DNA of 64,000 nucleotides from an uncultured Acidobacteriota bacterium (GCA_963770895.1 CAVYRF010000001.1:736001-800000), one strand, 5' to 3'. Positions 36,580-46,247 are shown, counted from the first letter of the stretch. The notes: generated by a model not told the origin, from the letters alone. Numbers and translations: made by a program.

Positions 36580-39045
36580 ATGCGCCGGGACGACCGCCAG
36601 AGCCATTTCGACCTCATCGATGCGCTTGAAAAGGTGAAGGCAGATCTCCGGGAGCGCCTCGGCGTCGATCAAGGGTTCCCCTCACAGCTCGACGCCAGCG
36701 TGCAGGACATCGACCGGTTGATCGGGGAGGTCCAAAAGCGGCGAAGCTCCGGCCTGGGCGGCAGGGAACTGCAAGCGGAGGTGCCCGACGAGGCGGCGGG
36801 GCCGGAGCCGCCGGCGTCGATGCGCGGCAGGGGTCTGGCCGCGGAGGACATCGCCGAGCTACGGCCGCACGTGATCGATTTGAATCAGGGCTTCTTTGCC
36901 GACGACGGCGAGTTCACCACCACCGCGGCGCAGGTCGACCAGCTGTTCGACGGCCTGCGCTCCCGCGCGGCGGAGGCCAAGGCCGCGCGCAAGACGTTGA
37001 ACCTGCTCTTCTATGCCCACGGCGGCCTGGTGGACAAGGATTCCGGCCTGCACCAGGCGCTGGATCAGCGCCGATGGTGGCTCGACAACGACATCTATCC
37101 CATTTTCTTCGTCTGGGAAACCGGGCTCTGGAACACCGTGGAGCACCTGCTGGCCGGCGTGCTGCAGCGCTCGCTCGCCGCCGGCGCTCGCAGTCTGACC
37201 GACACCACGACCGATCCCCTGCTGGAGCTGCTGGCGCGGGCGGCCGGGGGACCCAAGATCTGGGGCGGCATGAAGCTCAGCGCGCTGGCCGCGTCACAAC
37301 GTGGCGCGGCGGCCGCCAACGCCCCGGCGGGAACCGCCGCCGCGGGAGAGGGGGGCGCGCACTACGTGGCGCGCCGGCTGCGCGCCTTTCTCAAGCAGGC
37401 AGCGGGCGACGTCGAGCTGCACGCCCTGGGCCATAGCGCCGGCGCGATCTTCCACTCCTACTTCATGCCGACCGTGCTCGACCTCGTTCCGGATGCGAGC
37501 TTCAAATCGCTCCATCTGCTGGCGCCGGCAATCCGGATCGACGCGTTCAAAGAGCGCCTTCTACCGCTTGTCGGCGCCGACAACCGCATCGAGCGGCTGA
37601 CGATGTACTCGATGAAAACCGATCTCGAAAAAGCGGACAACTGCGCCGGGATCTATCGCAAGTCGCTGCTCTACCTCATCTACTACGCCCTCGAGGACCA
37701 CCGCCGGACGGACCTTCTCGGACTGGAGGAGTCGGTCTGGCGCGACGCCGGCATCAAGGCTTTCTTCGGGCTCGACGGCGCCACCGACTCGCCGGCCGAC
37801 GCGATCTGGTCGCAGACTCCGCCGGGCGGCGACAGCGCATCGCGGGCAACCAGCCACGGCGGGTTTCACGACGACCGATCCACCATGGAAAGCGTGGTGC
37901 GGCGGATCCGCGCTCTGCCCGACACCGTGCCGGTGAGCCCCAACCGGCACCAGACCGACGGCGGCCGCAACCTCGATCTGCACAATGTCGGCCTGGCGTC
38001 GAAGTTCGCGGCGGCGGTCGCGGCCAGCTCGTCGGGGGTGGTCGTGCCCGGCTTTGCTCCGGGCGCGCGCCTCGCCGCCCGCGGCGTCGGGGGCCGCCGC
38101 CGCGCGCTGTGCGTCGGCATCAACGCCTATCCAGGCGTCAACGCTCTATTCGGCTGTGTCGCCGACGCGCAGCTGTGGACGCGCACCCTCCAGCTGCTGG
38201 GCTTCGAGGTGCAGACGATGGTCGACGCCACCGCCACCTACGACGGGATCAAGGCGGCGCTGTCGGGCCTGATCGCCGACAGCGCGGCCGGCGACGTCGT
38301 GGTGTTCCAATACGCCGGCCACGGCACGCAGGTGCCCGATCCCACGTCCGCGCAGACCGACGAAGCGATCGTGCCCGTCGATTTCAGCCGCGGCGCGCTG
38401 CTCCTCGACAAGGAGCTGCGGGCGATCTACGACACCACGCCGCAAGGCGTCAACCTCACCTGCTTCCTGGATTGCTGCCACTCGGGCGACCTCGACCGCG
38501 AGCTTTTCGCGGGCGCCTTGGGTCACCTGGCACGCCGCATCGTCCTCACCAAGGCGCAGATGGCGGCCTACCAGCAGTTCGCCCGCCGCCGCGGCCCCAT
38601 CGCCGCGCGCAGTCTCGCGGCGGTCCGCGGCGACCTCAAAGACGTCAGCTTCGCCGCCTGCCAGAAAGATCAGGTGGCGTACGAAAATGGCGGCCAGGGC
38701 GACTTTACCTTGCGCACCACCCGGCTGCTGCAGCACGGACTGCCGGCGGCGACCAACCGGGAGTTCTGCGATCAGATCGTCGCCGCCTTCGGCGCCGGCG
38801 CGCAGCAACTGCCGCGCCTCGACGGCGGTGCGAGCCGCTTCGCGCAGCTCCTGCTGCTACCCCTCACCGCGGCATCGGCGGCGACTCCGGCCGATGGCGG
38901 CGCTCCAGCCGCGGTTCCAGCAGCCGGCGGGGCCAGCCCTGAACCGGCGGCGCCTGCGCCCAATCGCGCCAATGGGTCCGACCGGTCGCAGGCGCTGCAC
39001 CTGCTGGCCCAACTGGCCGAGCTGCTCGCGGTAGACCGCCCGTGA
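36580..39045 (+). CDS. Alpha/beta-hydrolase - caspase-like (peptidase C14) fusion
   Basis: Hydrolase part FYAHGGL..GHSAG..LLAPA..SHGGF; caspase part RRALCVGINAY, QYAGHG and LDCCHSG (His/Cys dyad); GGAGG RBS. Confidence 0.88.
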   Translation: MRRDDRQSHFDLIDALEKVKADLRERLGVDQGFPSQLDASVQDIDRLIGEVQKRRSSGLGGRELQAEVPDEAAGPEPPASMRGRGLAAEDIAELRPHVIDLNQGFFADDGEFTTTAAQVDQLFDGLRSRAAEAKAARKTLNLLFYAHGGLVDKDSGLHQALDQRRWWLDNDIYPIFFVWETGLWNTVEHLLAGVLQRSLAAGARSLTDTTTDPLLELLARAAGGPKIWGGMKLSALAASQRGAAAANAPAGTAAAGEGGAHYVARRLRAFLKQAAGDVELHALGHSAGAIFHSYFMPTVLDLVPDASFKSLHLLAPAIRIDAFKERLLPLVGADNRIERLTMYSMKTDLEKADNCAGIYRKSLLYLIYYALEDHRRTDLLGLEESVWRDAGIKAFFGLDGATDSPADAIWSQTPPGGDSASRATSHGGFHDDRSTMESVVRRIRALPDTVPVSPNRHQTDGGRNLDLHNVGLASKFAAAVAASSSGVVVPGFAPGARLAARGVGGRRRALCVGINAYPGVNALFGCVADAQLWTRTLQLLGFEVQTMVDATATYDGIKAALSGLIADSAAGDVVVFQYAGHGTQVPDPTSAQTDEAIVPVDFSRGALLLDKELRAIYDTTPQGVNLTCFLDCCHSGDLDRELFAGALGHLARRIVLTKAQMAAYQQFARRRGPIAARSLAAVRGDLKDVSFAACQKDQVAYENGGQGDFTLRTTRLLQHGLPAATNREFCDQIVAAFGAGAQQLPRLDGGASRFAQLLLLPLTAASAATPADGGAPAAVPAAGGASPEPAAPAPNRANGSDRSQALHLLAQLAELLAVDRP

Positions 39046-40892
39046 GGTCTCAGGCGGCGACGGGCCGCTTCGTCGTCGCGCCCTCCGTCACCCGGGCGGC
39101 GCGCAACCGCCCCTACGAGCGGCGCCCCGGCGACCCGTTGTTCCGGCCGCTGCGCATCTACACCCTCGATCCGGCTGCCTCCCTCCCGGACTGTCCGACC
39201 GCCACGCTGAAGATCCCTTACGAGCCGCTTTCCCCCGGCCCGCAGGGGTCCCGCTTCGCGGTGGTCGACGCCTTGGGAGAGCGCCGCAACCAGCCGGTCG
39301 ACCTCGACGACGTCAGGCTCGCCATGGGCGAGGGCTTCGCTCCCTCGCCTTCGCAGATTCAGTTCCACCAGCAGATGGCCTATGCAGTCTGCAGCGCGGT
39401 CCATGCCACCTTCCGCCACGCCCTGGGGCGGCCGCCCGCCTGGGGTTTCGACGAGCGACAGGACCCGCTGCACCAGGACCGCCTGGTCATCCGGCCGCAC
39501 GGCACCCACGACCGCAACGCCTATTACGACAAGGCGCGCGGCGAGCTGGTCTTCGGCTATTTCGCGGCCGATCCCCAGGTGCTGGGCAACAACCTGCCGC
39601 GTGGCACGATCTTCACCTGCCTTTCGCACGACATCGTCGTCCACGAGCTGACCCATGCGCTGCTCGACGGCCTGCGCTGCGAGTTCCACCGCCCGACGGG
39701 CGCCGACGTGCTCGCCTTCCACGAAGCGTTCGCCGACCTCGTGGCGTTCTTCCAGCGCTTCAGCTACCGGGAGGTGGTCGTCGCGGCGCTCAAGGCGAGC
39801 CACGGCAGCTTGCCGCAGGCGCCGCGGCTCATCGACCTGGCGGCGCAGTTCGCGCAGACGATCGGCGCCGGCCAGACGTTGCGCCGCGCCCTGCAACCGG
39901 AGCTCACCGAGGCCGACCTCACGCGCATGCACAACGATTCCGACCCCCACGTCCGCGGCTCGCTCCTGGTCGGCGCCGTGGTCGACGCCTTCGATCGCAT
40001 CTATCGCAAGAAAATCGACGTCTACCTGCGCCTGGCGACGAACGGCACCGGCGTCCTGCCGCACGGCGACCTCAGCACGGATCTGCTGGCGGCCCTGGCG
40101 GAGGAGATCTGCCAGCTGGCCTCCCAATTCCTCAGCATCCTGGTGCGAGCGATCGACTACTGCCCGCCGGTCGACATCCAATTCGGCGAGTACCTGCGCG
40201 CGCTGATCACCGCCGATTACGCCCTGGTTCCCGACGATCCCTGGGGCTACCGTGAAGCCTTGATCCAATCGTTTCGCCGCCGCCTCATCTATCCGCCGGA
40301 CGTCGACGACCTGGCGGAGGATTCGCTGCTCTGGCGTCCGCCACCGCGGCCGATCGGCTGCAAGGACCTGAGCTTTTCGATCCTGCACTTCCATGGCGAC
40401 CCGTCGAACGCGGCCGATGCCGGCGAACTGCATCGGCAAGCCGACGCCCTGGGCAACCTGGTCACCGATCCCGCCAACCTGGACCTGTTCGGCCTGGTCG
40501 CGGCCGGCGACATGGGCGCCGACCCGCCGTGCGTGCAGACCATCCGTTCCACCCGCCGCGGCGGCCCCGACGGCCAAGTGGTCTTCGACCTGGTCGCCGA
40601 GGTCACCCAGCGCCGCACGGGGCGCGCCGCCGATGGTCTGGCCTTCGACTATTACGGCGGCGCCACGATCATCTTCGGGCCCAGCGGCGACGTCCGCTAC
40701 GCCATCCTCAAGCGCGTCGATCACCAGCAGCGCGAAGCCACCGTCGGCAGCTACGTCGCCGGCGACGGCAAGAGCCAGTGGCAGCGCGCCGGCGGCCGCT
40801 GGGCGCCGCTGCCCGACCCCTTCCGGCGCCTGCACGAAGGCCGCTTTCAGCCAGCCACCGCCGACAGCCATCCGGAGTCAGCACGCGTCTGA
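39042..40892 (+). CDS. Gluzincin metallopeptidase (M4/M36-like), no signal peptide
   Basis: NAYY, DIVVHELTHALLD (HExxH) and AFHEAFAD (third ligand); GTGA coupling to the caspase gene. Confidence 0.85.
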   Translation: MRSQAATGRFVVAPSVTRAARNRPYERRPGDPLFRPLRIYTLDPAASLPDCPTATLKIPYEPLSPGPQGSRFAVVDALGERRNQPVDLDDVRLAMGEGFAPSPSQIQFHQQMAYAVCSAVHATFRHALGRPPAWGFDERQDPLHQDRLVIRPHGTHDRNAYYDKARGELVFGYFAADPQVLGNNLPRGTIFTCLSHDIVVHELTHALLDGLRCEFHRPTGADVLAFHEAFADLVAFFQRFSYREVVVAALKASHGSLPQAPRLIDLAAQFAQTIGAGQTLRRALQPELTEADLTRMHNDSDPHVRGSLLVGAVVDAFDRIYRKKIDVYLRLATNGTGVLPHGDLSTDLLAALAEEICQLASQFLSILVRAIDYCPPVDIQFGEYLRALITADYALVPDDPWGYREALIQSFRRRLIYPPDVDDLAEDSLLWRPPPRPIGCKDLSFSILHFHGDPSNAADAGELHRQADALGNLVTDPANLDLFGLVAAGDMGADPPCVQTIRSTRRGGPDGQVVFDLVAEVTQRRTGRAADGLAFDYYGGATIIFGPSGDVRYAILKRVDHQQREATVGSYVAGDGKSQWQRAGGRWAPLPDPFRRLHEGRFQPATADSHPESARV

Positions 40893-41006
40893 GCCTGGGC
40901 CGCTCGCTGCGATCGGGCTGAGGGGATTGCAGCGGCCGCTTCGTTGTCATGGCTGCGGCACGACTGTGGTGCGATCACGCCCCAGCCAGACAAAGAGAGC
41001 CCCCAT

Positions 41007-41942
41007 ATGCCTGAAAAGACCGTCGGTCCTTACAAAGTGCGCACCTATCCCGTTCCTCCCACCGGCTTCGACCCCTTCTCGGCCACGGCAGCCGACCTGC
41101 AGCGTCACGGCTTGCCGCGGCGCCCGGATGCGGAGACAGAGGCGCAAGCCTCCCTGACCTGGATGAAAGCCATGCATCATTACCGGGATCGCAAGTTCAC
41201 CCACGTCGTCCCGGAGTTCAAGGAGCATCCGGAGCGCGTCCACGGCCCCAACCAGCGGACCGCGGAGGCCAGCCGGGGTCTGATGGACGCCACCTCCTCC
41301 AATTGGTCGGGGGCGGTGGCTTTCGTCAACCCGGCGAAAGATCCCTTCGTCTGGATCACCGGAGAGTGGACGGTCCCCAATGCCTACAGTCCGACTCCCG
41401 GCAACGGTGAGACGTACTACCTGTCGGCCTGGCTCGGCATCGACGGGGATGGCTCCCCGGACGTTCTCCAGGCCGGTACCGCGACGCAGGTTACCGGCGC
41501 GTCCAAGGCCGTCTGCTACGCCTGGATGGAGTGGTATCCGCAATTTGAAGTCGAGATCTCCAACTTTCCGTTCGCTCCGGGAGACAGCGCCAGCCTGCTG
41601 ATCTGTTCGACGGGACCCACGACGGCCTCGTTCACCTTCACCAATCTCACCTCGCTCCTGGTCACCAGCTTCAAGCTCACCGCGCCCGCCGGCACGACCC
41701 TGATCGGCAACTGCGCCGAGGCCGTGCTCGAGCGCCCAGGAGTGGGCGGCAAGCTGGCGGAGCTGCCGCGCTACGGCGAAAATCTCTTCAACTCGGTGTC
41801 GGCCCACACCAAGTCGGCCGCCTCGTACACCATCGGCAACGCGACGCTCATCAGCATGCTTGCCGACAACGGAACCACCATCATCTCGACGCCTTCAACC
41901 CTGGATTCGGACTCGATTCGCATGCAGTACACCGGCCCCTAG
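41007..41942 (+). CDS. G1-family glutamic peptidase (eqolisin-like) with N-terminal pro-region
   Basis: SSNWSG, AWLGIDG, LQAG (catalytic Q), AWMEWYP, AEAVLERP (catalytic E). Confidence 0.88.
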   Translation: MPEKTVGPYKVRTYPVPPTGFDPFSATAADLQRHGLPRRPDAETEAQASLTWMKAMHHYRDRKFTHVVPEFKEHPERVHGPNQRTAEASRGLMDATSSNWSGAVAFVNPAKDPFVWITGEWTVPNAYSPTPGNGETYYLSAWLGIDGDGSPDVLQAGTATQVTGASKAVCYAWMEWYPQFEVEISNFPFAPGDSASLLICSTGPTTASFTFTNLTSLLVTSFKLTAPAGTTLIGNCAEAVLERPGVGGKLAELPRYGENLFNSVSAHTKSAASYTIGNATLISMLADNGTTIISTPSTLDSDSIRMQYTGP

Positions 41943-42231
41943 ACTAGCGTTTCATGCATCCGTTTTCCCGACGCCACAGACCCTCGCGTCGCGGCTCGCC
42001 GAACCGGTGCGGCGGGTCGCGGCGCGGGAAGCTGGCCGCGGGGCTCGCATTTCGCGGACCGGCCGGCGCGCCGGCCGCCGCGCACCGTCGCAGCCGGACC
42101 TGGTTTTGCCCGCCGAACTGCGCCGCCTCACCTGCAAACCACACTGTGGCTCCCACCGGGGCAGCGGGCGCACCCTCCCTGTCGTGGGCATCAGATCGTC
42201 TGGTGCCACGCGACCCATAGGAGGTGGGAGC

Positions 42232-42435
42232 ATGAAGCGATTCGTTTGGGTGGTAGCCCTGCTGCTGTCGGTTGTAGCTGCTTCGGCGTCGCAGGCCAGC
42301 CTCTTGGGCAAGCGGCCGTCGTCGACCCATCCCGCCGTATGCGGAGGCGGCTGCACCTACACCATCCAGTGCGTGAAGGTCTGCGGCGGCATCGGCAATG
42401 CCATCTGCGAGGATGGTCGCTGCGTGCCGGAATAG
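42232..42435 (+). CDS. Small secreted six-cysteine peptide, 67 aa
   Basis: Signal peptide MKRFVWVVALLLSVVAASASQA; C-x3-C-x5-C-x3-C-x7-C-x4-C; AGGAGG/GGGAG upstream. Confidence 0.75.
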   Translation: MKRFVWVVALLLSVVAASASQASLLGKRPSSTHPAVCGGGCTYTIQCVKVCGGIGNAICEDGRCVPE

Positions 42436-42649
42436 CACCCCGTCAAGCTGAAACCGTTGCAGGGGCGGGCCGCCAGCCTGGGCCCGCCCCTCAGCGGCGA
42501 CGGCCGGAGCTCGACGACACGCCGAGCTCGTTCAAGGTCATCGACGCCGCGGTGCAGGAACAGCTGTAAGCTCCGCGGCAGGCGCCGCTCCGCGGGTGTG
42601 CCTGGAGTGGTGATCGCCTTTCGTCTTGCGACCCCAGGAGGCAGTCAAA

Positions 42650-42817
42650 ATGAAGACCATCAAGGCCTTGTCCTCGATCCCGGCGCGCCGGCAACCGCTT
42701 GTCGACCTGACCCGGACCGCGCTCCAGACGGCGATCGGCGGCGGCGCCACGATCAATAACAATCCCCTGTACAGCCCTGGCGGGGAGGCCGGAAACAACC
42801 CGCTGAACCGGCCTTGA
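42650..42817 (+). CDS. 55-aa peptide with a double-glycine-type leader and duplicated NNPL core
   Basis: AGGAGG RBS; MKTIKALSS...LTRTALQTAIGG followed by GATINNNPLYSPGGEAGNNPLNRP. Confidence 0.65.
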   Translation: MKTIKALSSIPARRQPLVDLTRTALQTAIGGGATINNNPLYSPGGEAGNNPLNRP

Positions 42818-43154
42818 GACGGTGAGCCCTGCAAGCCGCGCGGTCCCCGCCCGATAGTGCCGGAACGGGATTGCAGCAAGACGACCGCCACGTTCGATCA
42901 TGGCAGATCCTGCTCGATTTGCTCGAGCAGGATCAGTACCTGAACCGTGGCAGCTGCCCGGAAGATCATCCGCTCTGGAAGATCGTGCGCACCGACCAGC
43001 TCTTCCTGCAGGACATGCTGACACCACCGCGGATACCGAGACGTGCGAAGCGTTCCGCAATGGGTTGGCCCGACCGCGGCGCGCCTGACGGCGCGACCGC
43101 GATCGGGCCGGGGGGGCGCGGGCGGAGCGTCTTGCCGGCCGCGGCGGCGGCTGG

Positions 43155-43469
43155 TCAGTGGAAGCCCAACGCGAACAGCAGCGCTGTGCGGACCTCTTCC
43201 ATGCGGTGGGGACGAAGGGTGGTGATCAACCCGGCCAGCCGCTCGCGGGATACGGTCTGCAGGTGGTCGAGGTTGGCCACTGAGGCGCGGGGCATGCCGT
43301 CGTCCTCGGTTAACAGAACCTCGGAGGGTATGTCGCGGATGGTGGAGGTGATGGGAGCTACGGTGACCTGGCCGAGAAACTCCAAGGCGGAGTCCCGCGT
43401 CAGCACCAGGACTGGGCGCGTCTTGTCAGGCGCTCCGAAGCGATACCAGCGAATTTCACCGCGCTGCAT
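43155..43469 (-). CDS. mazF: PemK/MazF family toxin
   Basis: MQRGEIRW...DKTRPVLVLT...VTVAPITS...NLDHLQTV. Confidence 0.92.
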   Translation of the reverse strand: MQRGEIRWYRFGAPDKTRPVLVLTRDSALEFLGQVTVAPITSTIRDIPSEVLLTEDDGMPRASVANLDHLQTVSRERLAGLITTLRPHRMEEVRTALLFALGFH

Positions 43470-43699
43470 CAGTCCGGCCAGACCTGCTGGTCTTCCCAGG
43501 CATCCAGCTCACCGGCGACCACGGGCTTGGCGGTATAGCCGGCACGGTGGCGGCGCTCCAGCTCCAGCTCGTGGCGTCGTGCCAGTGCGGCTCGCAATGC
43601 CTCCCGGGTGAAGGCGGAGCGACTGGTCCCCAACGCTTCGACGGCACGATCGACTTCTTCGATCAAGGCTTCGTCGAGCGTCATTTGCACGGTCTTCAT
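43469..43699 (-). CDS. Ribbon-helix-helix antitoxin cognate to the MazF toxin
   Basis: MKTVQMTLDEALIEEVD...SRSAFTREAL...GY; TGATG coupling to the toxin. Confidence 0.88.
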   Translation of the reverse strand: MKTVQMTLDEALIEEVDRAVEALGTSRSAFTREALRAALARRHELELERRHRAGYTAKPVVAGELDAWEDQQVWPD

Positions 43700-43718
43700 C
43701 CGCTAGCTTCCTCATGCG

Positions 43719-43740
43719 AATAGCTATGTCAATCGCTATT
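43719..43740. promoter_or_regulatory. Candidate TA autoregulatory operator
   Basis: AATAGC-N10-GCTATT inverted repeat enclosing a minus-strand TTGACA. Confidence 0.5.
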
Positions 43741-43869
43741 ATGGTCCAAGCGGCCGAATGCACGCAATCGCTCGGCCGGGTGCGGGACCATCCGCATCTA
43801 TAATGGGATTGGCGCCACCAGCCAGGTTGGAGCTGCGCCGGCACCTGTCGCAAAGGATCTCGTTTAGCG

Positions 43870-46083
43870 ATGTGTGGAATCTGCGGTTACGTCACGTTCC
43901 GCCCAGAGGGGCTTGGTCCCGAGCCGGCGAACGCCGGGGCGCGGGCGGATGCCTCGTCGGCTGCCCGCGGCGTGGCCGCGGTGGAGGCGATGCTGGGCGC
44001 GCTGGCACATCGGGGGCCGGACGCGTCGGGCTTGCAGGTTTCTGGGCCGGCGGTGCTGGGCGCCACCCGCCTGGCCATCCGCGGCATCGCCGACGGCCGG
44101 CAGCCGCTGGTCGATCCCGCGAGCGGGGTGGTGGCGGTGTGCAACGGCGAGCTGGACAACCACCGGGAGATCAAAACCTGGCTGGCGGCGCGCGGCAGGC
44201 CGGTGGCCCAGGCGACCGACGTGGCGGTGATTCCGGGCCTGTACCTGGAGCTGGGCGACGATTTTCCCGCCTATCTGGTCGGGGCGTTCGCGATCGCCCT
44301 GTGGGATCCCCGCCGCCGGCGCTTGCTGCTGGCTCGCGATCGGGCGGGAGAGAAGCCGCTGTTCTTCCGCGCGGTTCGCGTGGCTGCGGCCCAGCCTTCC
44401 CAGGCTTCGAACTCGCCGGGCGGTGCGCCTGCTGACGCCCTGGACGTGGCGCTGGTCGCGACCGAGCTCGCCGCCCTCGCCGCCAGCCGATCCCGGCCCG
44501 CCGCGGGCGAATCGCGGGACGCTGCCGGCGCACCGTCAGCGGATCTGGACCAGGCGGCGCTGGCGCACTACTTGCGCTTCGGCTGCTTTGCCGTGCCGGG
44601 CACACCGTTCGCCGGGGTCCAGAAGGTCGGGCCTGGCGAACGGATCGTGCTCGACGCTGGTGGAATCCATCGCCACCGCTACTGGCGCTGGCGGCAGGGG
44701 GCGTCGCCCACCCTCCCCGCTACGGAGCCGCTCTCTGCCTCGCCGGCGCTCCCGGCTGCCTCTGCAGCCCCTGCGCTGCCGCCAAGCTCGGCGCAGCCGG
44801 CGGGCAGCTCCGCCGTTCGGGTGGCCGACTTCGATCGCGTGTTCCGGCAGGCGATCGGACGGCAGATCGACGTGGAGGTGCCTTGCGGGGTGTTTCTGTC
44901 GGGCGGGCTGGATTCGTCCCTGGTGGCGGCGGTGGCGCGGGACGTGCGGCCGGACGTGGCCTTGGCCGCGTTCTCGCTGCGCTTCCACGAGGATAGCTAC
45001 GACGAGGGCGAAGTGGCGGCGCGGGTGGCGCGGCGGCTGGGGCTGGCGGCGACCGAGGTGTGGGTGCGCCCCGAAGACTTCATGGCGTCGCTGCCCGAGC
45101 TGGTGCGGATGGCCGGCGAGCCGCTGGCGGACCCGGCCTGGGTGCCGGCGGCGCTGCTCGCTCGCCGGGCGGCGGCCGACGTGCGGCAGGTGCTGGTGGG
45201 GGAGGGGGGCGACGAGCTGTTCGGCGGCTATCCGACCCACAGCGGCGTCTGGCTGGCCGAGCGCTATGCGCGTCTGCCGCGGATGGTGCGGCGGCTGGCG
45301 GCGGGCGCCGTGGCGAAGCTGCCGCCCAGCGACAAGAAGGTGACGGTCTCCTTTCTGCTCAAGCGCTTCATCGCCGGCGACGGCATCGAGGGCCTGGCCC
45401 GCCACCAGCTGTGGACTTCCAACATCGCGCCGGACATCCTGGCCCGCCTGGGCATCGCGGCGGCGCCGTCGGCGGTGCCGGCGGGTCTGCCGCCCGGCAC
45501 GCTGCTCGACCGCGTACAGCAGTACGACCTGGAAACCTCGCTGGCGGAAGGGCTGCTGACCAAGGCCGACCGCGCCAGCATGCACTTTGCCCTGGAGCTG
45601 CGGGCGCCCTTCCTGGACCGCGACGTCATGGAGTGGGCCGCCGGGCTCCCCGATGCGCAACGCGTGCGCGGCCTGCGCACCAAGGTGTTCCTCAAGCGCT
45701 ACGCCCGCTCCTACCTGCCCCGCTGGGTGGTCGAGCGCCGCAAGCGCGGCCTGTCCGTCCCCCTGGCCTCCTGGCTGCGCGGCCCCCTGCGCGCCTGGGC
45801 CGCGGACCGCCTTCACGGTGGCCGCCTGGCCGCCGCCGGTGTCGACGAAGCCGCCGCCGCCGCCCTGTTCCGCGAGCACCTCAACCGCGAGCGCGATCAC
45901 GCCCGGTCGCTGTGGACCCTGATCGTCCTGGCAGAGTGGCTCGACTGGGTCGCCGGCCTGAGCACCGCCTCGACCGCCTCGACGCCCGCCAACGCCGCCG
46001 TCGTCGCGCCGCCAGCCGATGCCCTGCTTACGGCCCTTGCCGCAGAGCCGGCCGCCGCCGAAGTGGCTGTGGCCCACGGCTAG
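43870..46083 (+). CDS. asnB: Asparagine synthetase (glutamine-hydrolysing) family amidotransferase
   Basis: MCGICG, HRGPD, NGE, RDRAGEKPL, LSGGLDSS, GEGGDELFGGY, ELRAPFLD. Confidence 0.92.
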   Translation: MCGICGYVTFRPEGLGPEPANAGARADASSAARGVAAVEAMLGALAHRGPDASGLQVSGPAVLGATRLAIRGIADGRQPLVDPASGVVAVCNGELDNHREIKTWLAARGRPVAQATDVAVIPGLYLELGDDFPAYLVGAFAIALWDPRRRRLLLARDRAGEKPLFFRAVRVAAAQPSQASNSPGGAPADALDVALVATELAALAASRSRPAAGESRDAAGAPSADLDQAALAHYLRFGCFAVPGTPFAGVQKVGPGERIVLDAGGIHRHRYWRWRQGASPTLPATEPLSASPALPAASAAPALPPSSAQPAGSSAVRVADFDRVFRQAIGRQIDVEVPCGVFLSGGLDSSLVAAVARDVRPDVALAAFSLRFHEDSYDEGEVAARVARRLGLAATEVWVRPEDFMASLPELVRMAGEPLADPAWVPAALLARRAAADVRQVLVGEGGDELFGGYPTHSGVWLAERYARLPRMVRRLAAGAVAKLPPSDKKVTVSFLLKRFIAGDGIEGLARHQLWTSNIAPDILARLGIAAAPSAVPAGLPPGTLLDRVQQYDLETSLAEGLLTKADRASMHFALELRAPFLDRDVMEWAAGLPDAQRVRGLRTKVFLKRYARSYLPRWVVERRKRGLSVPLASWLRGPLRAWAADRLHGGRLAAAGVDEAAAAALFREHLNRERDHARSLWTLIVLAEWLDWVAGLSTASTASTPANAAVVAPPADALLTALAAEPAAAEVAVAHG

Positions 46084-46247
46084 TGGCCTGTCCTGTTCGA
46101 ATCGAAAGCGCCTGGCTTGCCCTCGACGGCGGGGGCTGCGTTGCGCCTCCTCGACATAGTCTCAGCTATGCCTGCGTCGGCGCGCCTGGCCCGCGCCGTC
46201 GAATGGCGGCGCCATCCGCTTTCGAATTCTCCAGGACAGGCCGCTAG
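46080..46247. mobile_element. 168-bp MITE/REP-like element, copy 2 (inverted)
   Basis: Reverse-complement homologue of 3696-3863; CTAG at both ends; its left TAG is the asnB stop codon. Confidence 0.8.
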
